The notes: generated from the sequence alone by a model not told the origin. A stretch of 64,000 nucleotides of DNA from an uncultured Peptococcaceae bacterium (GCA_964637365.1 CAZWWH010000001.1:132269-196268); one strand, 5' to 3'. Counted from the stretch's first letter, positions 49,501 to 60,858 are shown. A program made the numbers and translations.

Positions 49501-50358
49501 ATGAAAAAATTACGGCAAAAACTCCCGGTACTTGTAGCCATCCTTGCCTTGGTCTGCCTCTTTGCTACGGGCTGCGGTGAGGAAACTGATACGAAAACCC
49601 CTTCGGACAATACCACGGAACAAAACCCCGCAACGCAGGAAACAGTCATCACAGAAAAAGAAGCCACTGCGTATTTTGAAGAAATCACCACCAATGTCTA
49701 TTATCATCTTCTGGAAACCCCTGTCGATGAATTGAAAACCGGCATCGATCCCTATTACTGGATCTGGCTGGCCAAGCCCGCCGCTGAAGGCGGCTTGGAA
49801 GAGCTTTCCGAACCCTATATTACCCAAGAAGAAAAGGATGCCCATACCGGTGACGGCTACCAGTTATCTTATGCGGCTTATGCCAAAAACGACATTCAAA
49901 AGGGACTCGACGGAGTTTGGGGCCAAGGAAACATTACTTGCGGTGATATCATCAAAAATTTGGAAGAGCCGTCGGTCATCGTTACAGAAAATTATTTGTT
50001 GGCAGCACAGGGTTTTGGCGGCCCTTATAACCAACAATTTTTTCAAATCAAAGAAGTGACCTGCGACGGAGCCACTGCCGTGGTTCACGCATACGTTTTG
50101 GAACAAAACCACATGGATGGTGAGGTTTTTGACCTCTCCTCCCGTACCGTTACGGAGACATCCAATACCAACGGCATGAAACAGATACATTACCAATACA
50201 AGTCTCTGGGGTCTGCCGGGTATCAGGACAGCGCCTCGGTGGAAAGTCTCTTGCACGAAGTGAATTCCTCTCTGGATGCATTGGGCGTTGTTGATTTTAC
50301 CTTAAAAAAGGACGGCAACGGCCTTCATCTCGTTTCAATCGATTGCAGTCAATCTTAA
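49501..50358 (+). CDS. lipoprotein of unknown function
   Basis: signal peptide with lipobox LFATGC. Confidence 0.7.
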   Translation: MKKLRQKLPVLVAILALVCLFATGCGEETDTKTPSDNTTEQNPATQETVITEKEATAYFEEITTNVYYHLLETPVDELKTGIDPYYWIWLAKPAAEGGLEELSEPYITQEEKDAHTGDGYQLSYAAYAKNDIQKGLDGVWGQGNITCGDIIKNLEEPSVIVTENYLLAAQGFGGPYNQQFFQIKEVTCDGATAVVHAYVLEQNHMDGEVFDLSSRTVTETSNTNGMKQIHYQYKSLGSAGYQDSASVESLLHEVNSSLDALGVVDFTLKKDGNGLHLVSIDCSQS

Positions 50359-50384
50359 CAATTAAATTTTGTTACCCCAAAAGC

Positions 50385-50412
50385 CGAAGCAATAAAGCTT
50401 CGACTTTTTTTT
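50385..50412 (+). terminator. rho-independent terminator
   Basis: CGAAGC-aataaa-GCTTCG followed by T8. Confidence 0.6.
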
Positions 50413-50695
50413 CCTCAATTGTTCCGTCAGTTCTTTGGTACAACAAAAGGAGCGCTTCAGAATGGCCAAATAAAAGAACAACGGTTGGGGCCATACTACC
50501 CTTCTCCCATTGCGACAGGGTATTCCTGCGAAAAAAATCTTACCAATACCACCATCAAAGTCAATTCTGAAATGATCCATGAAGGAAGATGTGCGACTGT
50601 TACAACAGTAAAAAAAGGATCCAATACTTGGTCCTTTACTGTCAAGGTTGGGATTGGAGAGTATCCAACATTATAAAAAGGAACGGAGGTAGACC

Positions 50696-51304
50696 ATGAA
50701 CAAGGCACTGCAAACCATCATGATTATCGCCACGACTGTTTTTCTCTGCGCGGGATGCGGCGAGGACGCGGGCATCAGCCAAAAGAACTTGGAACCCTAC
50801 GAGGCTCTCATCTGCGCCACCGACGCCGAGGTGGTGGAGGCCATGGGGGAAGGCGTTGCCCAGGATTATCCCGATACAGAAAATCAGCTGGAGAGCCCCG
50901 TCATGTGGCAGAGGGAATATAAAGGCTGTTTATTTGCCGACGGCTCTGCGGAAAACCAAGGGAAAACCGTGGTGCGTTATTATCTGCCCGACCTTGAGGA
51001 TGTAATTTCCGGGGCTGCAAAGGACGATCCTCGGAAGGTCTCCTGCGTCATCATGTCCGCAGCCCTTTCCACAGAGGACAGCGTTTCCCTCTATGAAGAG
51101 GTTATGAAAACGCTGGGGGATCCCACTTCTGAAGAAGCGCCCTTTGATAAGGCCCAGCAATACAGCGGCTTTTGGAACGGCGAAAAATGCGCCTATCAAT
51201 TTTGGTATACTCCGCCGGACAACGACGGTGAACAATGCGGAGTCGTATTTGCCATATCTGACATGGAATATTATTCTAACGAGGAATCGGCGGAATTCCA
51301 ATGA
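50696..51304 (+). CDS. lipoprotein of unknown function
   Basis: signal peptide with lipobox FLCAGC. Confidence 0.7.
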   Translation: MNKALQTIMIIATTVFLCAGCGEDAGISQKNLEPYEALICATDAEVVEAMGEGVAQDYPDTENQLESPVMWQREYKGCLFADGSAENQGKTVVRYYLPDLEDVISGAAKDDPRKVSCVIMSAALSTEDSVSLYEEVMKTLGDPTSEEAPFDKAQQYSGFWNGEKCAYQFWYTPPDNDGEQCGVVFAISDMEYYSNEESAEFQ

Positions 51305-51321
51305 CAAAACGTTATCAAGAC

Positions 51322-51353
51322 AGCGACACAGGCACTGCTTGTGTCGCTTTTTA
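51322..51353 (+). terminator. rho-independent terminator
   Basis: AGCGACACA-ggcactgct-TGTGTCGCT + TTTT. Confidence 0.65.
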
Positions 51354-51397
51354 TCTATGTAAGTCACATCACATCCTTGCCATGAAAAGAATGCAAG

Positions 51398-52009
51398 TCA
51401 ATTTTTCGTTTCCATATTGGGCATGGAGGTGTTGTAATACCCCAATTTGTGAAAATGATACCATTCCATGATATTCTCTTCAGACGCGACTTCTAAAGCC
51501 AGCAGGACCTCTCTGGCGAATTCCAAGGCGGCTGTGCCATTTGCCGTAATAATATTTTTATCACTTACAGCCTGATCCATAATATAGTTATCTTCCCCGG
51601 CATAGGAATCACCGGCCCACTGTTTCAAGTCCTTCAAATCATTGGAGGTATGCTTTCCATGGTTTAATACGCCGATGGTTCCCAAAAATGCAGAAGCGTC
51701 GCATATACCGCCTAGAACCTTGCCATCGTTCAAACACTTTTCTACCAACGGTCTAAGCTGCCGGGCGTTTTTGTTTCTCCAGGTCATCCCGCCGACCAAA
51801 ATCAAAGCTTCATACTCTGTGGGAACGGTATAAATATCATAATCAGGCAGCATACGAAAGCCACCGATGGAGCAAACATTTTCCTTTGTCAAAGATACTG
51901 TTTTCGTTTCAAAATTCCCCTGCCCAAGCATATGGATTGCCGAAGACAGATAAGCCGCTTCCCAATCAGCATATTGGTCCAATAAAACGAACAGAACAAT
52001 TTTTGCCAT
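51398..52009 (-). CDS. DJ-1/PfpI-family protein (class I glutamine amidotransferase-like)
   Basis: …ALILVGG…GICDASAFL… nucleophile-elbow Cys pattern of the DJ-1/PfpI family. Confidence 0.65.
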   Translation of the reverse strand: MAKIVLFVLLDQYADWEAAYLSSAIHMLGQGNFETKTVSLTKENVCSIGGFRMLPDYDIYTVPTEYEALILVGGMTWRNKNARQLRPLVEKCLNDGKVLGGICDASAFLGTIGVLNHGKHTSNDLKDLKQWAGDSYAGEDNYIMDQAVSDKNIITANGTAALEFAREVLLALEVASEENIMEWYHFHKLGYYNTSMPNMETKN

Positions 52010-52455
52010 AATCCACACTCCTTTGAGAGTTCCATAATTTATTTATTTGTTTATTATAATATAAACTGAGTGACCTTATTAATCATAATCAAAACGAATC
52101 AATCGTCTGCTGGAAAATAACAATTCATCATGCTTACAGTTGTCATTTTTTCTATTTTTTACAATCATTTGGGGTAGATTTTTTACCGTGCTTTCTTACT
52201 CGCCACAAAAACGTACTCTTACTTAAAAAAATTAGCAATGTTTCAATGAGGTACAAAATAACAAACGCTCCCGGGAATACTGACTGACAATTGTATGAAT
52301 GTAAGAATTTTATGTTCTCGAAAAATCACCACAAAATAGAATACAAACCTGGCGTTTTATAAACAAATCATTAAAACCATTACAAATTTCTATTCTTGAA
52401 ATCTTCTTTCAATCACTTAAAATGGAACTATAAGATTCAGGAAAGGAGATTTGCG

Positions 52456-53061
52456 ATGAACGGTTACGACGCTATTTACGATCAACTATTGCCTCGCTTA
52501 AAACAATGCGATTTGGAAAAACACGCGAAAAATTTGGGTCTCGTGTACGAAGACAGCCGAGTGAAGGTGGATTTTATGGGAGAAGAATTCACAGTAACCA
52601 ATGAGGGAGTCACCCCTTATGAGGAGGATGGCAATGCCATATCGGTTCCCATTACTCTCGTTTATTATATACTTTCCGAAGGTATTGGCGAGGCCTCGGA
52701 TCATTTTGTCGCCAGACACAATCTTTCCAATGCGATGGCGGGAATGTTCAATAAGCCCAGACTCACCGAGCCAGTACTAATCGCCGCCAAAGGACGTTAC
52801 GATATCTTTGCCCAAGCTGCTGAAAAACTAGGAGGAAAATATATGGGGGAAAGAAAAGGTGGTCATTTCTGGGTCTTTGCTCCCCTACCGAAGACTCCCA
52901 TCGGCTTCAATTTTATCGAAGCCGACGATGAACTCCCGGCAGAACTGCTGATTACTGTATCTGCCAATGCCACGGATTTTCTGGAATATGAATGCTTAGA
53001 CAGCTTGGAGGGCATTGTCATCGACCGCATTAAAAAAGAAGCAGCCCGCTTAACGAAATAG
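52456..53061 (+). CDS. hypothetical protein (~200 aa)
   Basis: AGGAGA RBS; no recognised motif; preceded by a ~430-nt AT-rich untranslated region. Confidence 0.5.
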   Translation: MNGYDAIYDQLLPRLKQCDLEKHAKNLGLVYEDSRVKVDFMGEEFTVTNEGVTPYEEDGNAISVPITLVYYILSEGIGEASDHFVARHNLSNAMAGMFNKPRLTEPVLIAAKGRYDIFAQAAEKLGGKYMGERKGGHFWVFAPLPKTPIGFNFIEADDELPAELLITVSANATDFLEYECLDSLEGIVIDRIKKEAARLTK

Positions 53062-53350
53062 TTTTCTGTGCCGTACAAAACATTGATGGAATGAGGTGAT
53101 ATATATGGAATGAAGTTTACTTTTATATCTCATTTTAATTGTAGCCCTATCCGCCTTTGCTCAGGGCATGACTGAATTCGGCATCGGCATCTTTATGATG
53201 TGTTTTCTTATCGCTAAGGTTCAGTTATTAATTGTCATTATTTGTCTGGTTTGTGCCCTGATGATAGGCTGTATCCTGATTTATCGTTTGCGGCACTATG
53301 TGGAAGTTAAAAAAGTTTTGCCCACGATGCTTGCGGCAATAAAGCAGTAG

Positions 53351-53539
53351 ATTATTTTGACTATATTCAGGGGATCAAAGATAATCCCATCGCAAAAACC
53401 GTAAAACTGGCTGATCTTGCTCACAACTCGGATGAAACACGATTGGACGGCGTAAAAAGCGTAACAGAAAAAGAACGTTGCAGACTCCGTGATAAATATC
53501 AAAAAGCGAAAGCACTACTGACCGATGGAGATCTCTAAA
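53351..53539 (+). pseudogene. 3'-terminal remnant of an HD-domain phosphohydrolase gene (RelA/SpoT-like hydrolase motif)
   Basis: frame reads DYFDYIQGIKDNPIAKTVKLADLAHNSDETRLDGVKSV…* with the KLAD(R/L)xHN HD-domain motif, but no start codon and no upstream HD (H…HD) half. Confidence 0.5.
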
Positions 53540-53566
53540 TCTCATTGGTACACACTCGCACAAGTA

Positions 53567-53603
53567 AAAAAATGGCGATGAGACAATCTCATCGCCGTTT
53601 TTT
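53567..53603. terminator. bidirectional rho-independent terminator
   Basis: AAAAAA-TGGCGATGAGA-caa-TCTCATCGCC-GTTTTTT. Confidence 0.75.
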
Positions 53604-53614
53604 CTGATTTTAAT

Positions 53615-54361
53615 TCACTGTTCCAGAGTCCGTTTGAGGAATTCTCTGGTACGGTTATGCTTGGGATTGGTAAACATCTCTTTGGGGTCCCCTTCTTCCA
53701 CGATAACGCCTTGATCCATAAAAACCACACGGTCAGCGACATCACGGGCAAAGGCCATTTCATGAGTAACCACCAGCATAGTGAGACCCATTTCCGCCAA
53801 AGATTTAATGACCTTCAGAACTTCTCCCACCATTTCGGGGTCCAAGGCCGAAGTAGGCTCATCAAAAAGCAAAGCATCAGGCTCCATGGAAAGGGCGCGG
53901 GCAATGGCCACACGCTGTTTCTGACCGCCACTGAGCTGCGCTGGACGGGCTTCAATATATTCGGCCATTCCCACTTGTTTCAAATATTTCAAAGCCGTTT
54001 CACGGGCTTCCTGTTTCGATTTCTTTAGAACTTTGATGGGACCAACGGTGCAATTATCCAAAACAGAGAGGTTGTTAAACAAATTAAATTGCTGGAACAC
54101 CATACCAAGCTTCGTACGATATTGAGCACCGGTGATCTTACCGCTGTGAATATCATCACCACGGTAATAGATATCGCCACTGGTAGCAATTTCCAAGAGA
54201 TTAATACAGCGGAGCAAGGTGCTTTTTCCGGAGCCCGACGAACCGATGAGACAAACGACCTCACCTTCGGATACATCAAAGTTGATGTCCTTCAAAACTT
54301 CGTTGGCGCCAAAGGATTTTTTCAGGTGGCGTACTTCGATTACTTTTGTTTTATCGCCCAT
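53615..54361 (-). CDS. polar amino acid ABC transporter, ATP-binding protein
   Basis: Walker [25 protein letters not shown] signature, Walker [12 protein letters not shown]. Confidence 0.9.
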   Translation of the reverse strand: MGDKTKVIEVRHLKKSFGANEVLKDINFDVSEGEVVCLIGSSGSGKSTLLRCINLLEIATSGDIYYRGDDIHSGKITGAQYRTKLGMVFQQFNLFNNLSVLDNCTVGPIKVLKKSKQEARETALKYLKQVGMAEYIEARPAQLSGGQKQRVAIARALSMEPDALLFDEPTSALDPEMVGEVLKVIKSLAEMGLTMLVVTHEMAFARDVADRVVFMDQGVIVEEGDPKEMFTNPKHNRTREFLKRTLEQ

Positions 54362-55157
54362 GGGTATCCTCCACTTTGATTTCTGATTCCGGCGTTGTCT
54401 GGGAACCGTGGATCGTGTAGGTCGAAGACCCAGCCAGTTTCCGTTCTAAAAGTCGCAGGAGACGAGTGACGGTAAAAGTCATGATCAAGTACATGATACA
54501 GGTAATAAGGAATACCTGAAAGTATTTAAAGTTAATCCCTGCAATCCCCTTAGATGCAAAGAACAACTCCGTCACGGAGATGACACTTAACACGGAAGTA
54601 TCTTTAATATTGATAACGAATTCATTACCGGTGGCAGGCAGGATATTCCGTAAAACCTGAGGCATGACTACATTGACCATCGTCTGCCAATGGTTCATGC
54701 CGATGGAATGAGCCGCTTCAAATTGGCCCTTATCCACAGCAATGATGCCACCGCGGACGATTTCCGCCATATAAGCGCCGGTATTGATGGATACAATTAA
54801 GAAACCCGCAAACAACACAGGAAGGGATTTCCCGGTGGCCAAAGCAATACCATAATAGATGACCATGGCCTGTACAATCATAGGCGTGCCACGGAATACT
54901 TCAATATAGACCGACAGCAGCCAGTTAATAAACTTAAAGAAGCCACGTTTCAGCTTGGAGTCAGCAGGGCTTACCGGTATGGTACGAATCATCCCGATAA
55001 CAAGGCCAATTAATGAACCGGTGATTGTACCGGTAATGGCAATAAGCAAGGTGACGCCAGCGCCTTTCAGGAAAAGAGGCCAGTAAGTCTGGAGGATTTG
55101 CCAGGATTGTGCTAGGAATCCCGGATCCGATGAAGTTGCGGCAGCGAGTTCAAACAT
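54351..55157 (-). CDS. amino acid ABC transporter permease
   Basis: HisM/GlnP-type EAA-like loop and 5-6 TM. Confidence 0.8.
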   Translation of the reverse strand: MFELAAATSSDPGFLAQSWQILQTYWPLFLKGAGVTLLIAITGTITGSLIGLVIGMIRTIPVSPADSKLKRGFFKFINWLLSVYIEVFRGTPMIVQAMVIYYGIALATGKSLPVLFAGFLIVSINTGAYMAEIVRGGIIAVDKGQFEAAHSIGMNHWQTMVNVVMPQVLRNILPATGNEFVINIKDTSVLSVISVTELFFASKGIAGINFKYFQVFLITCIMYLIMTFTVTRLLRLLERKLAGSSTYTIHGSQTTPESEIKVEDTHGR

Positions 55158-55239
55158 AAATAGCTCCTATTTCAGACATTGGGGACAGGCAAGCCTGTCC
55201 CCTGGATTGTCAAAAACTTCATTGATTCAAGATGTTATC

Positions 55240-56097
55240 TTAGTCAGCTGCGGGCTGATTTGCCACGGCATTGTCCATGATTTCAAGGCGTTCTTCATCA
55301 CTGATACCGGCAAGAATTTCGTTGATTTGGTCTACGAATTCATCTCTGCCTTTTTTGATACCAACGGCAATGGCCACATCGTCGTCACTGGCTTCAAAGC
55401 CTTGTCCTTCATCAAAAACCACAAAGGTGAAGTTACTGTTAGCCGAGGAAGCGGAGATACCTTCAGGACGTTCGGAAACATAACCATCAATAACGCCAGA
55501 TTCCAAAGCTACGCGCATAGCGGGGAAATCGTCCATAGCAGCTTGTTTATTTACGCCTTCAATCTGATCAATTACAGTGTAGTGGAAAGTATTCAACTGC
55601 GCGGTTACTTTTGCGCCAGAGAAATCCTGAATGCTGGTGGCGTTTTCATATGCGCCGCCTTTTTTCACAACCATAACAAGGTCGCTTTTGTAATAATTAT
55701 CAGTGAAGTCAATGGTTTTTTTGCGTTCTTCTGTGGGAGACATCCCTGCGATAATAGCATCAATGGTGCCGGCCTGTAAAGCCTGGGGAAGACCATCCCA
55801 GCTAGTTTTTACAATTACGAGTTCCTTACCGAGACCTTCCGCAATTTTTTTAGCGATTTCTACATCATAACCACCGGCATAACCGCCGCCTTCCACAGCG
55901 ACGCCACCGTTACTGTCGTCAAGCTGAGTCCAGTTAAAAGGGGCGTAACCGCATTCCATACCGACACGGAACTGATCGGAAGAATCTCCAGTGGCAGCAG
56001 CGTCGTCGGAATCCTTGTCGGTACCGCAGGCAGTGAATGCCATGGCGGCAAATGCCATCATTAAAACAGCGAGCATTATCCCAAATTTCTTTTTCAT
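55240..56097 (-). CDS. amino acid ABC transporter substrate-binding lipoprotein
   Basis: lipobox AFTACG; periplasmic-binding-protein type 3 fold signatures (…VGMECGYAPF…, …IDAIIAGMSPT…). Confidence 0.8.
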   Translation of the reverse strand: MKKKFGIMLAVLMMAFAAMAFTACGTDKDSDDAAATGDSSDQFRVGMECGYAPFNWTQLDDSNGGVAVEGGGYAGGYDVEIAKKIAEGLGKELVIVKTSWDGLPQALQAGTIDAIIAGMSPTEERKKTIDFTDNYYKSDLVMVVKKGGAYENATSIQDFSGAKVTAQLNTFHYTVIDQIEGVNKQAAMDDFPAMRVALESGVIDGYVSERPEGISASSANSNFTFVVFDEGQGFEASDDDVAIAVGIKKGRDEFVDQINEILAGISDEERLEIMDNAVANQPAAD

Positions 56098-56324
56098 AGT
56101 TTCTCATTCCTTTCCAAAATTCGTAAAATTACTATAAAAATAATATAAAAATATTTTCACCCAAAACGAGCGAAATGTCAAGCAGAAATCACAGGGAAAA
56201 TCCATATTCCGGGAAAAAAATGAGAAAATATAAAGCCATAAAAAATTTCAAATGTTTTCGCTAAAAATCACTGACAAAAAATTCCAGCAAATAACAAAAT
56301 ACTCTTCCTTCCGTCAATAAAATG

Positions 56325-56333
56325 TGCTATAAT
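56325..56333 (+). promoter_or_regulatory. extended -10 (TGcTATAAT) promoter upstream of asnS
   Basis: TGCTATAAT about 80 nt before the asnS start; weak -35. Confidence 0.35.
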
Positions 56334-56414
56334 GAATATAATCATTAGAAATATTCCACCATTACTTCAAATTTTTACACAATCACTTCAAGGACAATGG
56401 AAAGGATTTTTATC

Positions 56415-57809
56415 ATGGCAAAGATTGATTTAAGAATGATTTTCACACATCCTGAATCATACGGAGATAAAACCATTTCTATTTGCGGTTGGGTTCGTAC
56501 CATTCGCAATTCTAAAACATTGGGTTTTCTCGAGTTGAATGACGGGACTTCTTGTCAAAATCTGCAAGTTGTTTTTGAAAACAGTAAGCTCCGGAATTTC
56601 TCAGAAATCGCCAAAGCCAATGTCGGAGCTGCCATGGTGGTAAAAGGTACCGTATTGCTGACTCCCAAAGCAAAACAACCTTTGGAAATTCATGCCGACG
56701 AGGTTCAAATTGTGGGTGAATCGTCGCCAGACTATCCCTTACAAAAAAAGCGCCATACATTGGAATATCTTCGCACCATACAACATTTTCGTCCTCGCAC
56801 CAATACGTTATCCGCAGTATTCCGTCTGCGCTCCGCCGCGGCTTGGGCCATTCATAAGTTTTTCCACGACAATGGTTTTTGGTATATCCATACTCCTATC
56901 ATTACCGGCAGCGACTGCGAAGGCGCCGGAGAGATGTTTCACGTTTCCACTCTGGATTTTGAGAATCTTCCCCGCACAGAAGAAGGGATGATTGATTATA
57001 AAGAAGACTTTTTCCATAAACCCACCAGTTTAACGGTATCAGGACAACTGGAAGCGGAGTGTATGGCACTAGCTTTTTCTAAAGTTTATACCTTTGGCCC
57101 GACATTTCGCGCTGAAAACTCCAATACGCCGCGGCATGCAGCAGAATTTTGGATGATAGAGCCGGAAATCGCCTTCGCAGATCTGAGTGACGATATGGAA
57201 CTTGCAGAAACTATGATAAAATCGGTTCTGAAGGAGACCATGGCGCAATGTGCCGATGAAATCCGCTTTTTTAATGATTTTTACGATAAAAATCTCATGG
57301 AACGTCTGACACACATTATGGAATCCGATTTTGCGCGCATTACATATACCAAAGCCATTTCCCTTCTGGAAGAAGTCAAAGATCGCTTTGAGTACCCTGT
57401 TTCCTGGGGGTTGGACCTTCAGACAGAACATGAACGATACCTCACTGAGGAAGTTTACCAGAAGCCCGTTTTTGTAACGGATTACCCCAAAGAAATCAAA
57501 GCCTTTTATATGCGTCTTAACGAAGACCAGAAAACTGTGGCTGCCATGGATTTATTGGTTCCCGGCGTGGGAGAAATTATCGGCGGCTCCCAAAGGGAAG
57601 AACGCCTAGATGTACTCACTAGTCGCATGGAAGAATTAGGGTTGGATCCTGAGGATTACTGGTGGTATCTAGATTTAAGAAAATACGGCAGTACAAAACA
57701 TGCCGGGTTTGGCTTGGGATTTGAGCGGCTCATTATGTATATGACGGGAATTTCCAATATCCGTGACGTCCTCCCCTTCCCCCGCACTACTGGTCAAGCT
57801 GATTTTTAA
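56415..57809 (+). CDS. asnS: asparagine--tRNA ligase
   Basis: class IIb synthetase: N-terminal OB-fold plus motifs 2/3 (FRAE, GGSQRE…GFGLGFERL). Confidence 0.85.
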   Translation: MAKIDLRMIFTHPESYGDKTISICGWVRTIRNSKTLGFLELNDGTSCQNLQVVFENSKLRNFSEIAKANVGAAMVVKGTVLLTPKAKQPLEIHADEVQIVGESSPDYPLQKKRHTLEYLRTIQHFRPRTNTLSAVFRLRSAAAWAIHKFFHDNGFWYIHTPIITGSDCEGAGEMFHVSTLDFENLPRTEEGMIDYKEDFFHKPTSLTVSGQLEAECMALAFSKVYTFGPTFRAENSNTPRHAAEFWMIEPEIAFADLSDDMELAETMIKSVLKETMAQCADEIRFFNDFYDKNLMERLTHIMESDFARITYTKAISLLEEVKDRFEYPVSWGLDLQTEHERYLTEEVYQKPVFVTDYPKEIKAFYMRLNEDQKTVAAMDLLVPGVGEIIGGSQREERLDVLTSRMEELGLDPEDYWWYLDLRKYGSTKHAGFGLGFERLIMYMTGISNIRDVLPFPRTTGQADF

Positions 57810-57895
57810 GTTCACGATATATTCACTAATTTTACATTAAAGAGATATAAACTGAACAATAGAATAAGTATTTAGAGAATTGGAGGTAAATAACC

Positions 57896-58441
57896 ATGAG
57901 TAAAATTGTAATATTCAACGGCAGTCCCAGAAAAAAGGGGATTTGCTCCCAAGTGCTCAATGAGATGATCCAGGGCGCAGAAGAAAAAGGGAACGAAGTA
58001 ACTTATTTTAATCTCAATGATAAAGGCGTTCGCGGCTGCCAAAGCTGCTTCTATTGCCGTAAGCACGAAGGCTGCGCCACCAAAGATGATTTGCAGCCCA
58101 TGTACGAGGCCATCAAAGAGGCGGATGCCATTGTATTCAGTTCCCCCATCTATATGAGCAGAATTACCGGTCAGGCAAAATTGTGGATTGACCGTCTTTA
58201 TCCCTTCATTAACAATCAATTCCAACCCCGTAATCCCGGGAAAAAAGTTTTTGCCCTTTATGTACAGGGAGCCTTTGACGACACGATGTACCAAAGTGAA
58301 GTTGACACCATGGAAGAAGTTTTCAAAAAATTCGGTTGGGAAGTCGTGGAAAATATGATTGTCAGCAATACAAGCTCCCCGGAATTTGTTCTCAGCGACG
58401 ATATCAAAGCGAAAGCCCGTCAGATCGGCGCAGAACTTTAA
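57896..58441 (+). CDS. flavodoxin-like NAD(P)H-dependent FMN reductase family protein
   Basis: IVIFNGSPRKKG…SSPIYMSRITG pattern of NADPH-dependent FMN reductase / iron-sulfur flavoprotein family. Confidence 0.65.
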   Translation: MSKIVIFNGSPRKKGICSQVLNEMIQGAEEKGNEVTYFNLNDKGVRGCQSCFYCRKHEGCATKDDLQPMYEAIKEADAIVFSSPIYMSRITGQAKLWIDRLYPFINNQFQPRNPGKKVFALYVQGAFDDTMYQSEVDTMEEVFKKFGWEVVENMIVSNTSSPEFVLSDDIKAKARQIGAEL

Positions 58442-58486
58442 AAACAGGCAAAACCATTTAAATTAGAATAAAATTATGGCACCTTT

Positions 58487-58520
58487 AGACCATACCCTAA
58501 TTGGTATGGTCTTTTTTTAT
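58487..58520 (+). terminator. rho-independent terminator
   Basis: AGACCATACC-ctaatt-GGTATGGTCT + T7. Confidence 0.7.
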
Positions 58521-58589
58521 GTAAATCTGGAATGATTTCACAAAAAACAGGGCATATTAGGAAAAACAAACATCGGGAGGATATTTTCA

Positions 58590-59204
58590 GTGAAAACAGA
58601 TTTCAACAGCAGTGAAACGAAAATCAATCTGCTCCGCGCCTTCGCAGGGGAAAGCCAAGCCAGAAACCGTTACACCTTTGCGGCTTCCACCGCCAAAAAT
58701 GCAAATCTCCATGTAGTAGAAGCGGTGTTCACCTTTACCGCTAACCAGGAAAAAGAACACGCAGAAATTTTCTATAAGCATTTGGCCGAAGCCGCGGGAC
58801 AAAATATCACCATTGATGCGGCCTACCCCGTGGATAATGGCAAAGATGTACTCTCTCTACTGAAGGCGGCCCAACATAATGAATATGAGGAATTTGGAGA
58901 CGCTTATCCCGCCTTCGGAAAAATTGCCGAGGAGGAGGGTTTCCCCGTCATTGCCCAGCACTTTAAAATGATCGCGGAAATTGAAAAGACTCACGGCGAC
59001 CGTTTTGGCAAATTCGCGGAGCTACTAGAGCAGGAAAAGTTGTTTATTTCCGACGTGGAAACCGGTTGGATATGCTTAAACTGCGGCCATATTTTAACAG
59101 GCCGTCAAGCGCCAATGGTCTGCCCCGTTTGCGACCATAACCAGGGCTATTTTGTACGTCTCACCATGGCCCCCTTTACCGGATGCGACCTCCAAGCCCA
59201 ATAA
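58590..59204 (+). CDS. rbr: rubrerythrin (ferritin-like di-iron domain + C-terminal rubredoxin-like CxxC…CxxC)
   Basis: E..E..H ferritin-like motifs and C-terminal CLNCGH…CPVCDH; GTG start with a GGGAGG RBS. Confidence 0.85.
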   Translation: MKTDFNSSETKINLLRAFAGESQARNRYTFAASTAKNANLHVVEAVFTFTANQEKEHAEIFYKHLAEAAGQNITIDAAYPVDNGKDVLSLLKAAQHNEYEEFGDAYPAFGKIAEEEGFPVIAQHFKMIAEIEKTHGDRFGKFAELLEQEKLFISDVETGWICLNCGHILTGRQAPMVCPVCDHNQGYFVRLTMAPFTGCDLQAQ

Positions 59205-59273
59205 CGTACGGCAATGATATCTTTTTCCAAAGATATTTTTGTATAAAACTTATCTCTGAATCTCTAAATGCAA

Positions 59274-59301
59274 AAAAACCGCTTTGAAAGCGGTTTTTTT
59301 G
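59274..59301. terminator. bidirectional terminator between rbr and cdd
   Basis: AAAAAAACCGCTTTgaaAGCGGTTTTTTT. Confidence 0.75.
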
Positions 59302-59332
59302 CTATCTCTTTTTATGAAAATTATGGGCATCC

Positions 59333-59755
59333 TCAGCGATCTAAGGAATGATTCATAGAAAAGCCATGAGGCAAAAGTTCCTTTAAAGTATAAACCGCAT
59401 AGTCATTGCAGCTTTTAGCTACGATAATTTCAAAATCCCGCTCACAAAATTCCAACATTACCTGGCGGCAACTGCCGCAGGGAAAGCAATAATCCAAATC
59501 AAAACTATCCTTATCTTCATGCCCTCCAATAATCGCAATGGCCACAAATTTTCTATGTCCATCGACAATGGCAGAATAGAATGCCGAGCGTTCTGCGCAC
59601 ACAGACGCAGGATATGCCGCATTCTCGATATTGCAGCCACGGTAAATCTTTTCATCCTCAGTGAGAAGGGCCGCACCTACGGTAAAATGCGAATATGGAG
59701 CATAAGAAGTCTCACGAGCTTCTATTGCCGATTGAATCAAAGTTTCAACATTCAT
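59333..59755 (-). CDS. cdd: cytidine deaminase
   Basis: CAER…PCGSCRQ zinc-binding motifs, 140 aa. Confidence 0.9.
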   Translation of the reverse strand: MNVETLIQSAIEARETSYAPYSHFTVGAALLTEDEKIYRGCNIENAAYPASVCAERSAFYSAIVDGHRKFVAIAIIGGHEDKDSFDLDYCFPCGSCRQVMLEFCERDFEIIVAKSCNDYAVYTLKELLPHGFSMNHSLDR

Positions 59756-59780
59756 AATGACTGTTACCGCCTTTCCAAAC

Positions 59781-60476
59781 TTAATTCTCTAAATCATTTT
59801 CATCGGTCAGAGCCGCAACTGCGTTGCTGGCGCCGATTCGCTTGCAGCCTAGGGCTAGATACTTTTCCAACTCTTCTTTGGTACGGATGCCTCCGGCTGC
59901 TTTGATTTTAACGTTCTGACCAATATGCTTCTTCATCAGTCGGACGTCATCTTCTGTTGCCCCACCACTTCCAAAACCAGTAGAGGTTTTAATATAGTCA
60001 GCCCCACCCTCTGTGACACAGCGGCAAAGGGCTATTTTTTCATCTTCCGTCAAATAACAGGTTTCAATAATTACCTTTAAAATATGATTCCCACAAATAC
60101 CCTTCATGGTTCGAATTTCTTTGGTAACTTCTTCCATATCCCCATTTTTCACATGACCAAGATTTACCACCATATCAATTTCCGAAGCCCCTTTATCCAA
60201 AGCTTGCTTGGCCTCAAAAACCTTGGTTTCTGTTGTATGGTATCCCAGAGGAAAGCCTACCACAGTACAAATAGCAAGATCGGGATAGACTCGATGAACG
60301 CGTTCTACATAGGAGGGAGGTATACAAACTGAAGCTGTTCCATGGGAAACAGCCTCTTCACACAGAGACCGAATCCCTGTCCAATCTGCTACTGCCTTCA
60401 ATAACGTATGGTCAACATGGGCTAAAATACGTTTTTTCTGGTTTTCTGTGGAGAAATCCTTTTTTTGATTTGTCAT
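59781..60476 (-). CDS. deoC: deoxyribose-phosphate aldolase
   Basis: …IDHTLLK…, KTSTGF (Schiff-base Lys), KAAGGIRT; AAGGAGG RBS before MTNQ. Confidence 0.9.
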   Translation of the reverse strand: MTNQKKDFSTENQKKRILAHVDHTLLKAVADWTGIRSLCEEAVSHGTASVCIPPSYVERVHRVYPDLAICTVVGFPLGYHTTETKVFEAKQALDKGASEIDMVVNLGHVKNGDMEEVTKEIRTMKGICGNHILKVIIETCYLTEDEKIALCRCVTEGGADYIKTSTGFGSGGATEDDVRLMKKHIGQNVKIKAAGGIRTKEELEKYLALGCKRIGASNAVAALTDENDLEN

Positions 60477-60858
60477 TTCATATGCCTCCTTTCCCAAATA
60501 TTCTATAAAGTATAGGGAAATACTTTTGGATTATATCATATTTGAATCAAAATTGTAACCCAAATTACTAAAAAGCAATCAAACTGCTATTTTCAAAAAT
60601 TCTTACATATTATTTAGTTTTTTTGAAAACTCTTTATGATGATTCCGACACAAACCATATTTGCCCTCTTACCCCTCCATTATCAGCATAAAAAACGGAC
60701 AGTCGCTGACTGTCCGTTTCAGATTGTCAAAAAACTCTGCTTTCAATGAAATGATAGCGATTAGTATAGACCGTAAATCAGAAAAACCTTCTGAACTGCG
60801 AATAAGGATAACGAGCTACTCCAAGGAAGGTTTTTTTCAATCCGCCAAATACCGTCTC

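Noticed and set aside
50419-50676. 85-aa ORF / 34-aa ATG ORF between the two lipoprotein genes
   Set aside because: No RBS and no recognisable features. It may be a small protein but cannot be supported from sequence alone.
53348-53350. In-frame TAG between ORF 53168-53350 and the HD-domain remnant as a second pyrrolysine site
   Set aside because: The upstream ORF is a featureless hydrophobic peptide lacking the HD metal-binding motifs. A deletion scar is the simpler explanation.
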